Shown here: piece after piece, positions 7,561-16,503 of the stretch
Numbering within the stretch: the first letter of the stretch is position 1
Layout of the letters: each line of letters begins with the position of its first letter
Assembly: GCA_038063435.1 (NCBI GenBank)
Contig: JBBTVC010000060.1
Location: 1-39,307, forward strand
Length of the DNA: 39,307 nucleotides
Direction of reading: 5' to 3'
Source: Patescibacteria group bacterium
GTDB taxonomy: Bacteria; Patescibacteriota; Minisyncoccia; HO2-45-28
Notes under the pieces: model-generated
The model's database searches: none
Seen by the model: only the letters and a program-made list of their open reading frames with translations
Told to the model about the DNA's origin: nothing
Made by a program: the position numbers and the translations under genes

Positions 7561-9735
7561 ATGAGTTTCCGTCTGAAAAAACTGGAGCTTTCCGGGTTTA
7601 AATCTTTTGCCAAGCCGGCTCACTTTGAATTCTTACAGCCGATTACGGCCATTGTCGGTCCGAACGGGGCCGGAAAATCAAATGTCGCCGAATCCATACG
7701 ATGGGTTTTAGGCGAACAATCGCTTAAAAGTCTTCGCGGCAAAAAAGGCGAGGACCTGATTTTTAACGGCTCGCAATCAGCGCCTCGCCTATCAAAAGCG
7801 TCGGTTTATTTATATTTTGATAATTCTAAAAAGCAGTTTCCGATTGAATTTGACGAAGTTGTTGTCGGCCGCAGAGTGTATAGAGATGGCCAAAGCGAAT
7901 ATCTTTTAAATGAATCGCAGGTAAGGCTCAAAGACATCGTTGAACTTTTAAGCAATGTCGGACTCGGAGTTTCACAGCATCATATAATCGGCCAAGGCGA
8001 GGCTGACCGCATACTTTACGCTTCGCCCAAAGAAAGGCAGGCATCCATTGAAGACGCTCTGGGTCTTAAAGTTTACCAATTCAAAAGAATTGACTCCGAA
8101 AGAAAACTGACCAAAACCGAAGAAAACATGCGCCAGGCCCAGGCTCTGCAAAAAGAAATAAAACCGCACTTAAAGCATCTTGAGCGCATGGTTGAAAGAT
8201 ATAGGCAGGCTTCCGATATAAAAACAGAACTGGAAAAAAAGATGAATGAATATTTGGCCGGTTTACGATCAGCCCTTAATGGCGCCGCGCAAGACCTGTC
8301 TTTAAAAAAAGAAAAGCCGCTTAAAGATTTGGAGGCCGTTGAGAATAAAATAGAGGAATTGAAAAAAAAGCTCCTAGGCCTTGAAAAATTTGAGGAGGAG
8401 CCGAAGGAAATCAAGGAGCTTGATGTGACGCTTATTCAAATTCACGAGAATCGGTCTAAAATCGAGAGGGATTTGGGACGGCTGGAAGGAATGCTTGAGG
8501 CGGAATCGGCCGTAGGTTCGGCGGAGGAGGGTGAAATAATCCCTCGCGAAGAGGTGGAGGATTTAATCACGAGTATTGACGACTCTTTGTCATCAGCCCT
8601 GGACACCGACGTTGTTGATGAAATATACATGATCATTCGCGAAACGCTCTCGAGACTTAATTCGTTTCTTGGCGGTCTTGCCGGCAGGGAAACGGCCAAA
8701 TCCTCAAGCGAAGATTTAATCAAAAAGCGAAAAAGTCTTGAAGAAGAGCTGGCGAAACTGAATGACGCCGAAAAAAAAGCTCACAAAAAAAAGGAGGAAT
8801 TGAGCCGGGTTTTTTATGCCGTAAGCCGCCAGAGACGCAATGCCGAAAAAGAGCTTTTTGATTTTGAGGCCGAAGCAAACAGCCTCCGGAATTTTACAAG
8901 AAATCTTGACATAGAACAGGAAAAAATAAAAATGCGCGAAGAAGAATTCGCGCGCGACCTTGAAGAAGCAAAAAGATTTTTGGGCGAAGACAAGATTAAA
9001 TACGGTTCAGCCGAAGTTTTAAGCGATATTGAACGCGAAAAACTAAGAAGAGATGTGGACCGGCTTAAATTCAGGCTGGAAGAAGCCGGCGGCGTTGATC
9101 CGCTCGTGGTTAAAGAATACGAGGAGATGAGAGGCCGGGACGAATTTTTCGTAAAAGAGCTTGACGATTTGGTTAAGGCCGCAAAAAGTCTGCGCCAAAT
9201 TTCAAAAGAACTTGGTGAAAAAATTGAGCATGATTTTGCCAACGGCATTGAAAAAATAAATAAAGAATTCCAAGTATTTTTTGAAACCATGTTCGGCGGC
9301 GGAAAGGCTAAACTCGCGGTTATAAAGCCGGAAAGACGCTCTAAGAAGGAAGAGGAGGAAGAAGATTTAATTAATACCGAAGGAGGAATTGACATTGACG
9401 TCAGCCTTCCGCGAAAGAAAATTAAAGGGCTTGATATGCTTTCGGGAGGGGAGCGCGCCTTGACTTCAATCGCGCTTTTGTTCGCGATGTCCGCGGTAAA
9501 CCCTCCGCCGTTTCTGGTGCTTGACGAAACCGATGCCGCTTTAGATGAGGCAAATTCCCGCCGTTACGGCGCGATGCTTAAAAATCTTTCCCAGACCACT
9601 CAAATCATTACCATAACCCATAACCGCGAAACAATGCGCGAAGCCCAAGCGCTTTACGGCGTCACTATGGGTTCTGACGGCGTTTCGCGCCTTTTGTCTT
9701 TGAAGCTGTCGGAAGCCGAAGATATTGCGCAGTAA
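7561..9735 (+). CDS. smc: SMC-family chromosome condensation ATPase, unusually short (724 aa)
   Basis: The N-terminal head carries Walker A GPNGAGKSN. The C-terminal head carries the signature LSGGERALTSIALLFA and Walker B FLVLDETDAALD. Heptad-like K/E-rich arms lie between. The position after rnc matches the conserved rnc-smc neighbourhood. Confidence 0.8.
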   Translation: MSFRLKKLELSGFKSFAKPAHFEFLQPITAIVGPNGAGKSNVAESIRWVLGEQSLKSLRGKKGEDLIFNGSQSAPRLSKASVYLYFDNSKKQFPIEFDEVVVGRRVYRDGQSEYLLNESQVRLKDIVELLSNVGLGVSQHHIIGQGEADRILYASPKERQASIEDALGLKVYQFKRIDSERKLTKTEENMRQAQALQKEIKPHLKHLERMVERYRQASDIKTELEKKMNEYLAGLRSALNGAAQDLSLKKEKPLKDLEAVENKIEELKKKLLGLEKFEEEPKEIKELDVTLIQIHENRSKIERDLGRLEGMLEAESAVGSAEEGEIIPREEVEDLITSIDDSLSSALDTDVVDEIYMIIRETLSRLNSFLGGLAGRETAKSSSEDLIKKRKSLEEELAKLNDAEKKAHKKKEELSRVFYAVSRQRRNAEKELFDFEAEANSLRNFTRNLDIEQEKIKMREEEFARDLEEAKRFLGEDKIKYGSAEVLSDIEREKLRRDVDRLKFRLEEAGGVDPLVVKEYEEMRGRDEFFVKELDDLVKAAKSLRQISKELGEKIEHDFANGIEKINKEFQVFFETMFGGGKAKLAVIKPERRSKKEEEEEDLINTEGGIDIDVSLPRKKIKGLDMLSGGERALTSIALLFAMSAVNPPPFLVLDETDAALDEANSRRYGAMLKNLSQTTQIITITHNRETMREAQALYGVTMGSDGVSRLLSLKLSEAEDIAQ

Positions 9736-9737
9736 GT

Positions 9738-9765
9738 TTGTAATTTATCGCTCTTGTGGTACGAT
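9738..9765 (+). promoter_or_regulatory. Candidate promoter for ftsH
   Basis: TTGTAA (9738-9743), 16-nt spacer, then TACGAT (9760-9765) preceded by TGG. AGGAG lies 8 nt upstream of the TTG start at 9802. Confidence 0.3.
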
Positions 9766-9801
9766 TTTAAAAGAACTCCTTGATAATCAGGAGAATTTGA
9801 G

Positions 9802-11613
9802 TTGGAATCCAGGGGCAGGGGCGGCGGCTTTCTCATCTGGTTTTTAGTGACATTGGTATTGATGTTCTTACTTTTTACTTTGCGATCCGGAAGCGAGGAA
9901 ATATCGTTTTTTGAGCTTAAACAGCTGGTTGAGGCTAGGCAGGCAAAAAAAGCGCTAATCGGTGAGTCAACTGTTACGATTGTAGTGGGCATCGACCGTG
10001 CTTCGCAGGATTCATCAAGTGTTGGTTCTAGACAGCTTTACGCGACAGTGACCGATAAAAATAGATTTACGGAAATAGCGAACCTTTTTGAAAAACATGG
10101 GGTCAGTTATAAATACGTTCAGGACTCAAACTGGCTCGGAATGTTATTGACCTACGTCCCGTTTTTTTTAATTCTGCTCATCTGGTTTTATTTCATTCGT
10201 TCAATGAATCCGGGCGGAGGAAAAAATAGTCTAAGCATAACCAAAGCCCCCGTCAGTCTTCCAGATGAAAAAAACAAAAAGACTTTCAGGGATGTTGCCG
10301 GAATTGACGAAGCAAAAGCAGAGCTCGAAGAAATAGTGGATTTTCTTAAGAATCCCGAAAAATTCATGCGTCTTGGAGCTAAGATGCCGAGAGGCGTTTT
10401 GCTTGTCGGTCCTCCGGGGTGCGGTAAAACTCTTTTGGCTCGCGCGGTTGCCGGAGAGGCCGATGCCGGTTTTTTGAGCATGAGCGGTTCTGGTTTCGTT
10501 GAGCTTTTTGTTGGCATTGGAGCGGCTCGGGTGAGGGACTTATTTAAAAAAGCGCAGAGCGTTGCGCCGTGCATTGTTTTCGTTGATGAGCTTGATGCCG
10601 TGGGGCGGCACCGCGGCTCGGGACTTGGCGGAGGCCACGACGAACGCGAACAGACTTTAAACCAGCTACTCGTGGAAATGGACGGCTTTACGGCCAATGC
10701 CGGAATTATAGTGATAGCCGCGACCAACCGTCCGGATATTCTGGATCCGGCTCTGCTTCGTCCCGGCAGGTTTGACCGCAAGGTTTTCGTCCACTTGCCT
10801 GACATAAAAGGTCGGCACGAAATTTTGAAGGTTCACACTCAAAATATCTCGCTTGACCCGAATACCGATCTTTTTAAAATCGCCAAAGGCACCTCGATGT
10901 TTTCGGGGGCGGATCTGGCAAATTTAGTCAATGAAGCGGCTTTAGCCGGAGCCAAAAAAAACAAGATGGCGGTTGACCTCGAAGATTTTGAAGAAGCCCG
11001 GGATAAAATTCTTGCGGGCAAGGAGAGAAAGCTTGTTTTAGACGATAAAACCAAGCGCGAGATAGCCTATCATGAAGTCGGGCATACTTTAGTCGCGTTG
11101 AGTATGCCGGATGTTGACCCGGTATACCGAGTTTCAATTATTCCCCGAGGCATGAGTTTGGGGCACACCCAGCAACTACCGGAAAAAGACCGGTATCTGT
11201 ACGACAAGCATAGAATCATTGCCGAAATAACTTGTCTTCTGGGTGGCAGAGCCGCTGAAAGAGCAGTGCTCAATATTGAGACGACTGGCGCTGAAAATGA
11301 TTTAAAGCGGGCAACCGAGCTTGCCAGAAAAATGGTTTATAGCTGGGGGATGTCCGAAGGGGTCGGTTTGATGCAGCTTGATTCTTCAAATGGCGAATTT
11401 TTTTTGGGCCAGAGTTTGCTTCAGCATAAAAGCCATTCCGAAGCCACCGCGGCTGTGGCTGATAAAGAAATGCAAAAAATACTTACTGATTGTTTTGACG
11501 CGGCGGTTAAGATACTCAATGAAAAAAGAGATGTTCTGGAAAAACTGGTTCGGGCTCTTCTTGAGAAGGAAACGCTGTCCAGAGACGATATAGACGCTAT
11601 TTTACAAACTTAA
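9802..11613 (+). CDS. ftsH: ATP-dependent zinc metalloprotease FtsH
   Basis: Two N-terminal TM segments, AAA+ Walker A GPPGCGKTLLA, Walker B VFVDELD, and zinc site HEVGHTL. TTG start with an AGGAG SD. Confidence 0.9.
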   Translation: MESRGRGGGFLIWFLVTLVLMFLLFTLRSGSEEISFFELKQLVEARQAKKALIGESTVTIVVGIDRASQDSSSVGSRQLYATVTDKNRFTEIANLFEKHGVSYKYVQDSNWLGMLLTYVPFFLILLIWFYFIRSMNPGGGKNSLSITKAPVSLPDEKNKKTFRDVAGIDEAKAELEEIVDFLKNPEKFMRLGAKMPRGVLLVGPPGCGKTLLARAVAGEADAGFLSMSGSGFVELFVGIGAARVRDLFKKAQSVAPCIVFVDELDAVGRHRGSGLGGGHDEREQTLNQLLVEMDGFTANAGIIVIAATNRPDILDPALLRPGRFDRKVFVHLPDIKGRHEILKVHTQNISLDPNTDLFKIAKGTSMFSGADLANLVNEAALAGAKKNKMAVDLEDFEEARDKILAGKERKLVLDDKTKREIAYHEVGHTLVALSMPDVDPVYRVSIIPRGMSLGHTQQLPEKDRYLYDKHRIIAEITCLLGGRAAERAVLNIETTGAENDLKRATELARKMVYSWGMSEGVGLMQLDSSNGEFFLGQSLLQHKSHSEATAAVADKEMQKILTDCFDAAVKILNEKRDVLEKLVRALLEKETLSRDDIDAILQT

Positions 11614-11616
11614 AAG

Positions 11617-11646
11617 CCCTCCGATATCCGTCGGAGGGATTTTCTT
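11617..11646 (+). terminator. Rho-independent terminator after ftsH
   Basis: 8-bp GC-rich stem CCCTCCGA / TCGGAGGG with a 6-nt loop, followed by ATTTTCTT. It starts 4 nt after the ftsH stop. Confidence 0.7.
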
Positions 11647-11680
11647 GACTTTGAGCCGTAAGTTTTATAACCTATATCTC

Positions 11681-12049
11681 ATGTTAGTTATACGATTGAA
11701 GAGAGTTGGCAGGAAAAATGACCCCAGTTTTAGGCTGGTGGTTACCGACAAAAGACGGGCGGCCAAGGCCGGCCGTTCAGTCGAGCTTTTGGGCTCGTAT
11801 AATTCCCGCCAAAAAATATCCAGCTTTAAAGAAGACCGAATAAAATACTGGCTTTCGGTGGGCGCAAAACCTTCCGCCACCGCGCACAATCTTTTTGTTT
11901 CAAAAAACATAATTTCCGGCTCAAAAATAAACGTTTCAGCCAAATCTAAAAAGAAAGAAGTGGCAGCTCCGATGCCCGCTGAAGGCGATGTCGGAGCTCC
12001 GACCTCGGCAAAGCCGAGCGTCGGAGTTGAAGAAAAGGCCGCGGCCTGA
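11681..12049 (+). CDS. rpsP: 30S ribosomal protein S16 with C-terminal extension
   Basis: MLVIRLKRVGRKNDPSFRLVV is the canonical S16 N-terminus, so the start is ATG 11681 rather than 11645. An Ala/Pro/Lys-rich tail follows. Confidence 0.85.
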   Translation: MLVIRLKRVGRKNDPSFRLVVTDKRRAAKAGRSVELLGSYNSRQKISSFKEDRIKYWLSVGAKPSATAHNLFVSKNIISGSKINVSAKSKKKEVAAPMPAEGDVGAPTSAKPSVGVEEKAAA

Positions 12050-12061
12050 TAAAATTTACTA

Positions 12062-13138
12062 ATGATTTTGGATATCGCGATTTTTATAATCGTGCTTGCC
12101 GTTTTGGTTTTAGCGCACGAATTCGGCCATTTTTTGGCCGCACGCAAAAATGGGGTCAGAGTTGATGAATTCGGTTTCGGCTTTCCGCCAAGGCTTTTTG
12201 GTTTCAAGCGAGGCCAAACTCTTTACTCTCTCAATCTTTTTCCGCTCGGAGGATTTGTAAAAATTGCCGGCGAGAATGAAGCGGAATCAAGCGACTCGGA
12301 AAATTTTGCTTCAAAAAGTCTGTTTTCGCGCGCGTCAATTCTTTTTGCTGGAGTTTTTTTTAATATTGTTTTAGCTTTTATTATTTTTTCCGTGGTTGTG
12401 CCGCTCGGCATTCCGGTTGACGCCGAAGACCCCTATTGGCAATTAAGAGTGCGCGATACGGCCATAACCGTTGTTGAAGTTTTGAAAGGCTCGTCTGCCG
12501 AACTCGCCGGTTTTAAAACGGGGGATAGGGTTTTGACTCTCGAAACAATTTCGGGAGGAATTATAAAACCATCGCATGTTTTTGAGGTTCAGGATTTTAC
12601 CAGAGCTAACGCGGGGCAAAGTGCCATAATAGAGATAGAAAGACGCGGACAAAAAATTGTTTTATCCGCGAATTTAGCCGAAGGCGAAGCGCCTTTGGGC
12701 GTGGCTACGGCCAAAGTAGGAAAAATAGCCTCGCCTTGGTATGCGGTGCCGTGGGTCGGCCTGGAGCTGACCGCCTTTGCGGTTTGGCGGACTCTTGAAG
12801 GATTCTTTTTCATATTAAAACTTCTTTTTTCCGGACAATCCGTGGCCGGATTTATCAGCGGGCCGGTCGGCATATTTTCATTGGTCTCGGGAATTTTGGA
12901 TTTCGGCCCGGTAATTTTAATGACTTTTGTCGCGACACTTTCAATTAATCTCGCGATTATAAATCTAATGCCCTTTCCGGCATTAGATGGCGGAAGGCTC
13001 CTGTTTTTGATGATAGAGGGCCTGCGCGGAAAACCTCTTAGCCGAAGGATAGGAGGCTTGGCGCATGCCCTTGGTTTTGCTATTTTAATAATGCTGATGG
13101 CGATTATAACTTATTTGGATATTAAGTATAAATTATAA
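12062..13138 (+). CDS. rseP: Site-2 (M50) zinc metalloprotease RseP
   Basis: HEFGH zinc motif in the first TM region, a central PDZ-like segment, and the C-terminal NLMPFPALDGG motif. Confidence 0.85.
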   Translation: MILDIAIFIIVLAVLVLAHEFGHFLAARKNGVRVDEFGFGFPPRLFGFKRGQTLYSLNLFPLGGFVKIAGENEAESSDSENFASKSLFSRASILFAGVFFNIVLAFIIFSVVVPLGIPVDAEDPYWQLRVRDTAITVVEVLKGSSAELAGFKTGDRVLTLETISGGIIKPSHVFEVQDFTRANAGQSAIIEIERRGQKIVLSANLAEGEAPLGVATAKVGKIASPWYAVPWVGLELTAFAVWRTLEGFFFILKLLFSGQSVAGFISGPVGIFSLVSGILDFGPVILMTFVATLSINLAIINLMPFPALDGGRLLFLMIEGLRGKPLSRRIGGLAHALGFAILIMLMAIITYLDIKYKL

Positions 13139-14370
13139 TGAAACAATCCCGATTTTTCGCAAAAACTTTAAAAGAATGGCCTAAAGACGAAGAAAGTTCC
13201 TCGGCTCGCTTTTTGCTTCGCGCCGGTTTTATAGACAAGAATTCGTCCGGCGTTTATACTTTTTTACCGCTCGGTTTAAGAGTGCTTGAAAAAACCAATA
13301 AAGTTATTCGTGAAGAAATGAATGCTCTCGGCGCTACGGAGATTTTGATGCCGGCGCTAATTTCCAAAAAATATTGGCAGGCGACCGACCGCTGGGACGT
13401 TGATGTCTTATACAAAGTTAAAGATTCATCGGGCCAAGATTATGGCCTGGCCTTTACTCATGAAGAAGTTTTGACGCCATTGGTTAAAAAATTCATATCA
13501 AGCTGGCGCGATTTGCCTCTAGCGCTTTATCAAATTCAGACCAAGTTCAGGGATGAGCCGAGAGCTCGGGCCGGACTTTTGCGAACCAAAGAATTCGTGA
13601 TGAAAGACCTTTACAGTTTTCACGCCGATTTTGACGATCTTGAAAATTATTATTGGCGCGTAGCCGATGCTTATAAAAAGATATTCAAGCGCTTTGGTCT
13701 TACAACTAAAATGGTTGAGGCTTCAGGCGGCGATTTCACCGATGAATACACGCACGAATTTCAGGTTCTGACTCCGTCGGGAGAAGACGAGGTTTTTTAT
13801 TGTACATCTTGCGACTTCGCCCAGAATAAAGAAATAACCAAGGCAAAAGAGGGCGGAAAATGCCCGAAGTGCGGTAAGAACAAGATTAAAAAAGAAAATG
13901 GGATTGAGGTTGGCAATATTTTCAAGCTCGGCATGCGCTTTTCCGAAACGGCCGACTTATCGTATAAAGATAAATCAGGCCGTAAAAACATTGTGGTTAC
14001 GGGTTCGTACGGAATCGGTTCCTCAAGAATAGTCGGCGCTTTAGCCGAAGTAAGCCATGACGATAAAGGCTTAATTTGGCCCGCAGAATCCAGTCCTTTT
14101 AAGGTTCATTTAATTGAGCTTGAAGGCGGACGCGAACAAGCGCTCAAAATTTACGAAACTTTACAAGATGCCGGCATCGAAGTTCTTTATGACGATCGCG
14201 AAGAAGTAAGTGCCGGCGAAAAGTTGACCGATGCCGATTTAATAGGCATTACCTGGCGGGCTGTTGCAAGTTCGCGAACAGCTAGCCAGAATAAAATTGA
14301 GCTTAAAGCAAGGGGCGATGACAAAAGCATTATGGTAAGTCTTAAGGAGATTTTAAACCATGTTAAATAA
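13138..14370 (+). CDS. proS: Prolyl-tRNA synthetase, bacterial-type N-terminus, no INS editing domain (410 aa)
   Basis: The N-terminus FAKTLKEWPKDEESSSARFLLRAGFI..GVYTFLPLGLRVL parallels E. coli ProRS. Class II motif 2 is FRDEPRARAGLLRTKEF and motif 3 is GSYGIGSSRIVGAL. Between them, only a short CTSC...CPKC segment replaces the ~180-aa INS. Confidence 0.8.
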   Translation: MKQSRFFAKTLKEWPKDEESSSARFLLRAGFIDKNSSGVYTFLPLGLRVLEKTNKVIREEMNALGATEILMPALISKKYWQATDRWDVDVLYKVKDSSGQDYGLAFTHEEVLTPLVKKFISSWRDLPLALYQIQTKFRDEPRARAGLLRTKEFVMKDLYSFHADFDDLENYYWRVADAYKKIFKRFGLTTKMVEASGGDFTDEYTHEFQVLTPSGEDEVFYCTSCDFAQNKEITKAKEGGKCPKCGKNKIKKENGIEVGNIFKLGMRFSETADLSYKDKSGRKNIVVTGSYGIGSSRIVGALAEVSHDDKGLIWPAESSPFKVHLIELEGGREQALKIYETLQDAGIEVLYDDREEVSAGEKLTDADLIGITWRAVASSRTASQNKIELKARGDDKSIMVSLKEILNHVK

Positions 14371-15412
14371 ATTTTTAAGCTTTTTTTCAACTGATGTGGG
14401 CATTGACCTCGGAACGGCTAATGTCTTGGTTTATGTTGACGGACGGGGAGTGGTCATCAACGAGCCTTCTGTTGTGGCGCTCAATCAAAAAACCGGCCAA
14501 GTTGTGGCTATAGGCTCTGAAGCTAAAAGAATGATCGGCCGTACTCCGGCTCACATCTCTATAATCCGACCGCTCATTGAAGGCGTAATATCGGATTTTG
14601 AAGTGACCCAGGAAATGCTTTCTTACTTTATCAAAAAAGTGCATCAGCCGAGTTCTTCGTTTTTGGCTCGCCCGCAGGTTGTTATTGGTGTGCCGTCGGG
14701 TATTACCGAAGTTGAGCGCCGGGCGGTAAGGGATGCCGCGCGCAATTCCGGAGCCAGAGAAGTCTATCTGGTTGAAGAGCCTATGGCCGCGGCAGTCGGC
14801 ATACGCATGCCGGTCCAGGAACCGGTCGGGAATATGATTATAGACATAGGCGGAGGCACAACCGACATCGCGGTAGTGTCTTTGGGCGGTCTTGTTTCTT
14901 CAATGAATTTACGCGTTGCCGGCGATAAGCTGAACAACGACATCATCAATTACGCCCGCGACGAGTTTAAATTGCTTTTAGGAGAGAGGACCGCCGAGGA
15001 TTTAAAAATAGCCGTAGGTTCCGCGCTAAAGCCGGAATCGCCCATGGAAAGCGTTGTTCGGGGCCGTGATTTGGTTTCGGGTCTTCCGCGCGAAGTGATA
15101 ATGACTGACGCCGATGTGCGCGAGGCCATTGCTAAATCGGTTAGGGCCGTGGTTGAGGGTGTTAAAGAAGTTATAGAAGCCACTCCGCCGGAGCTAGTTT
15201 CGGACATTATGCATCGGGGTATTGTCATGGTCGGCGGCGGCGCCCATTTGAAAGGCTTGGATAAACTCATAGAAAATGAAACTAAAATCCCGACTCGCGT
15301 GGCCGAGGATCCGATGACTGCGGTTGTGCGCGGCTGCGGAATAATTTTGGAAGACTTAGCCGGCTTCCGTAACGTTTTATTGGAGAAAGAAGAAGACGTT
15401 TCGCCCCAATGA
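14360..15412 (+). CDS. mreB: Rod-shape-determining actin homologue MreB
   Basis: Phosphate-1 motif VGIDLGTANVLVY, then IDIGGGTTDIAV and MVGGGAHLKGLD. AAGGAG SD. 11-nt overlap with proS. Confidence 0.9.
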   Translation: MLNKFLSFFSTDVGIDLGTANVLVYVDGRGVVINEPSVVALNQKTGQVVAIGSEAKRMIGRTPAHISIIRPLIEGVISDFEVTQEMLSYFIKKVHQPSSSFLARPQVVIGVPSGITEVERRAVRDAARNSGAREVYLVEEPMAAAVGIRMPVQEPVGNMIIDIGGGTTDIAVVSLGGLVSSMNLRVAGDKLNNDIINYARDEFKLLLGERTAEDLKIAVGSALKPESPMESVVRGRDLVSGLPREVIMTDADVREAIAKSVRAVVEGVKEVIEATPPELVSDIMHRGIVMVGGGAHLKGLDKLIENETKIPTRVAEDPMTAVVRGCGIILEDLAGFRNVLLEKEEDVSPQ

Positions 15413-16167
15413 AATACTTTGGATTAAAAATTGTTTTGCTCGGCTTTATCTGCGGGGCGGCGTTTATTTTGTTTTTTTTCGGTAAGACTTTGGAATCAAA
15501 AGCGGCGGCAATTTTTTTTAAAAAAATAAAAGCGGTTGAAGCGCTGGGATTCTCACCGGCGACTTATAATTTTTTTGGCTTGCTTAAATCCAAAGGCAAT
15601 ATTTTGCGTGAAAATCAGGAGCTTAAAGAAAAATTGCAGGAATCAGAGGCTAAAGCGGACGTTTCGGGGTTTGCCTCGTTAACGGCAGGGCAAGCGGAAA
15701 AATCCGTCGATTTTTTAAACGGATTTTTGGAGGCCAGAGTTTTAATGGTTCCGCCGGCAATTGATTATGACCAGCTCATTGTCGGCAAAGGCGCCCAAGA
15801 CGGCGTTGAGAGCGGTAAAATTGTTTTAGTCGGCCAGAATATAATTTTTGGAACGGTAGGCGATGTTTTTAGCGGTTCCAGCCGTATTATTTCATTTTCA
15901 AGTTATGGCCGAGAACAAAACGTTTTTTTGGAGAAAGCAGGTATCTCGGCTACAGCTACGGGCCGAGGCAACAATGAGCTTGCCGTAACTTTACCGCGCG
16001 ATTTTCCGGCAGAAGTAGGCGATAAAGCGTATTCCATGACTGACCGCCCGTATCTTGTCGGGCTGGTGGAAAAAATTGAAGCCCACCCCAGTTCACCCAT
16101 TAAAACTCTGAAAATACGTCAGCCGTTCAATATTTATAATTTGCGATCAGTTAATATTCTTAAATGA
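15409..16167 (+). CDS. mreC: Rod-shape protein MreC
   Basis: N-terminal TM segment, a coiled-coil stretch (LRENQELKEKLQESE) and a beta-rich C-terminal domain. ATGA overlap with mreB. Confidence 0.7.
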   Translation: MKYFGLKIVLLGFICGAAFILFFFGKTLESKAAAIFFKKIKAVEALGFSPATYNFFGLLKSKGNILRENQELKEKLQESEAKADVSGFASLTAGQAEKSVDFLNGFLEARVLMVPPAIDYDQLIVGKGAQDGVESGKIVLVGQNIIFGTVGDVFSGSSRIISFSSYGREQNVFLEKAGISATATGRGNNELAVTLPRDFPAEVGDKAYSMTDRPYLVGLVEKIEAHPSSPIKTLKIRQPFNIYNLRSVNILK

Positions 16168-16475
16168 TGAGGGTTTTGGCCGGCGTTTTAATGTTTGCGG
16201 GAATTTTTACGCTTCCTTGGGCGCTGTTTTTTGCCGGAGCTATTTTTTTCGCGGCGCTTTTTCCATGGTTTATTGAGGCCATTTTTATTGGTTCTTTAGT
16301 AGCGCTCATCGCCGATGTCGCCTGGTGGAAGATATTTTTGATTTTTGGTTCAGTACTAACGGTCCAAGAGTGGTTAAAAACATCTATCAACTTCGAAAAA
16401 AGATTTGCCGCGATGTTGTGGCTTTGCCTTGCCGGCTCGCTTGCGTTTATAGCCGTCTTTTTTATCTTAATTTAA
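16164..16475 (+). CDS. Small polytopic membrane protein in the mreD position
   Basis: 103 aa with 3-4 hydrophobic segments. ATGA overlap with mreC. Assigned by position only; it is shorter than typical MreD. Confidence 0.4.
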   Translation: MMRVLAGVLMFAGIFTLPWALFFAGAIFFAALFPWFIEAIFIGSLVALIADVAWWKIFLIFGSVLTVQEWLKTSINFEKRFAAMLWLCLAGSLAFIAVFFILI

Positions 16476-16503
16476 GTTATTATAATAATTTTAAGTGCGA
16501 TTT

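Noticed and set aside
8814-9395. Long antisense ORFs inside real genes: 8814-9395(-) in smc, 10188-10805(-) in ftsH, 34187-34756(+) in the antiporter, 4001-4468(+) in the PEGA gene, 18071-18559(-) in murD and 11665-12207(-) across rpsP/rseP.
   Set aside because: Each lies fully opposite a gene with clear family motifs. Their translations are low-complexity (Ser/Arg/Pro/Lys-rich), as expected from reading GAA/AAG-rich or GC3-biased codons backwards. None has start-site signals.
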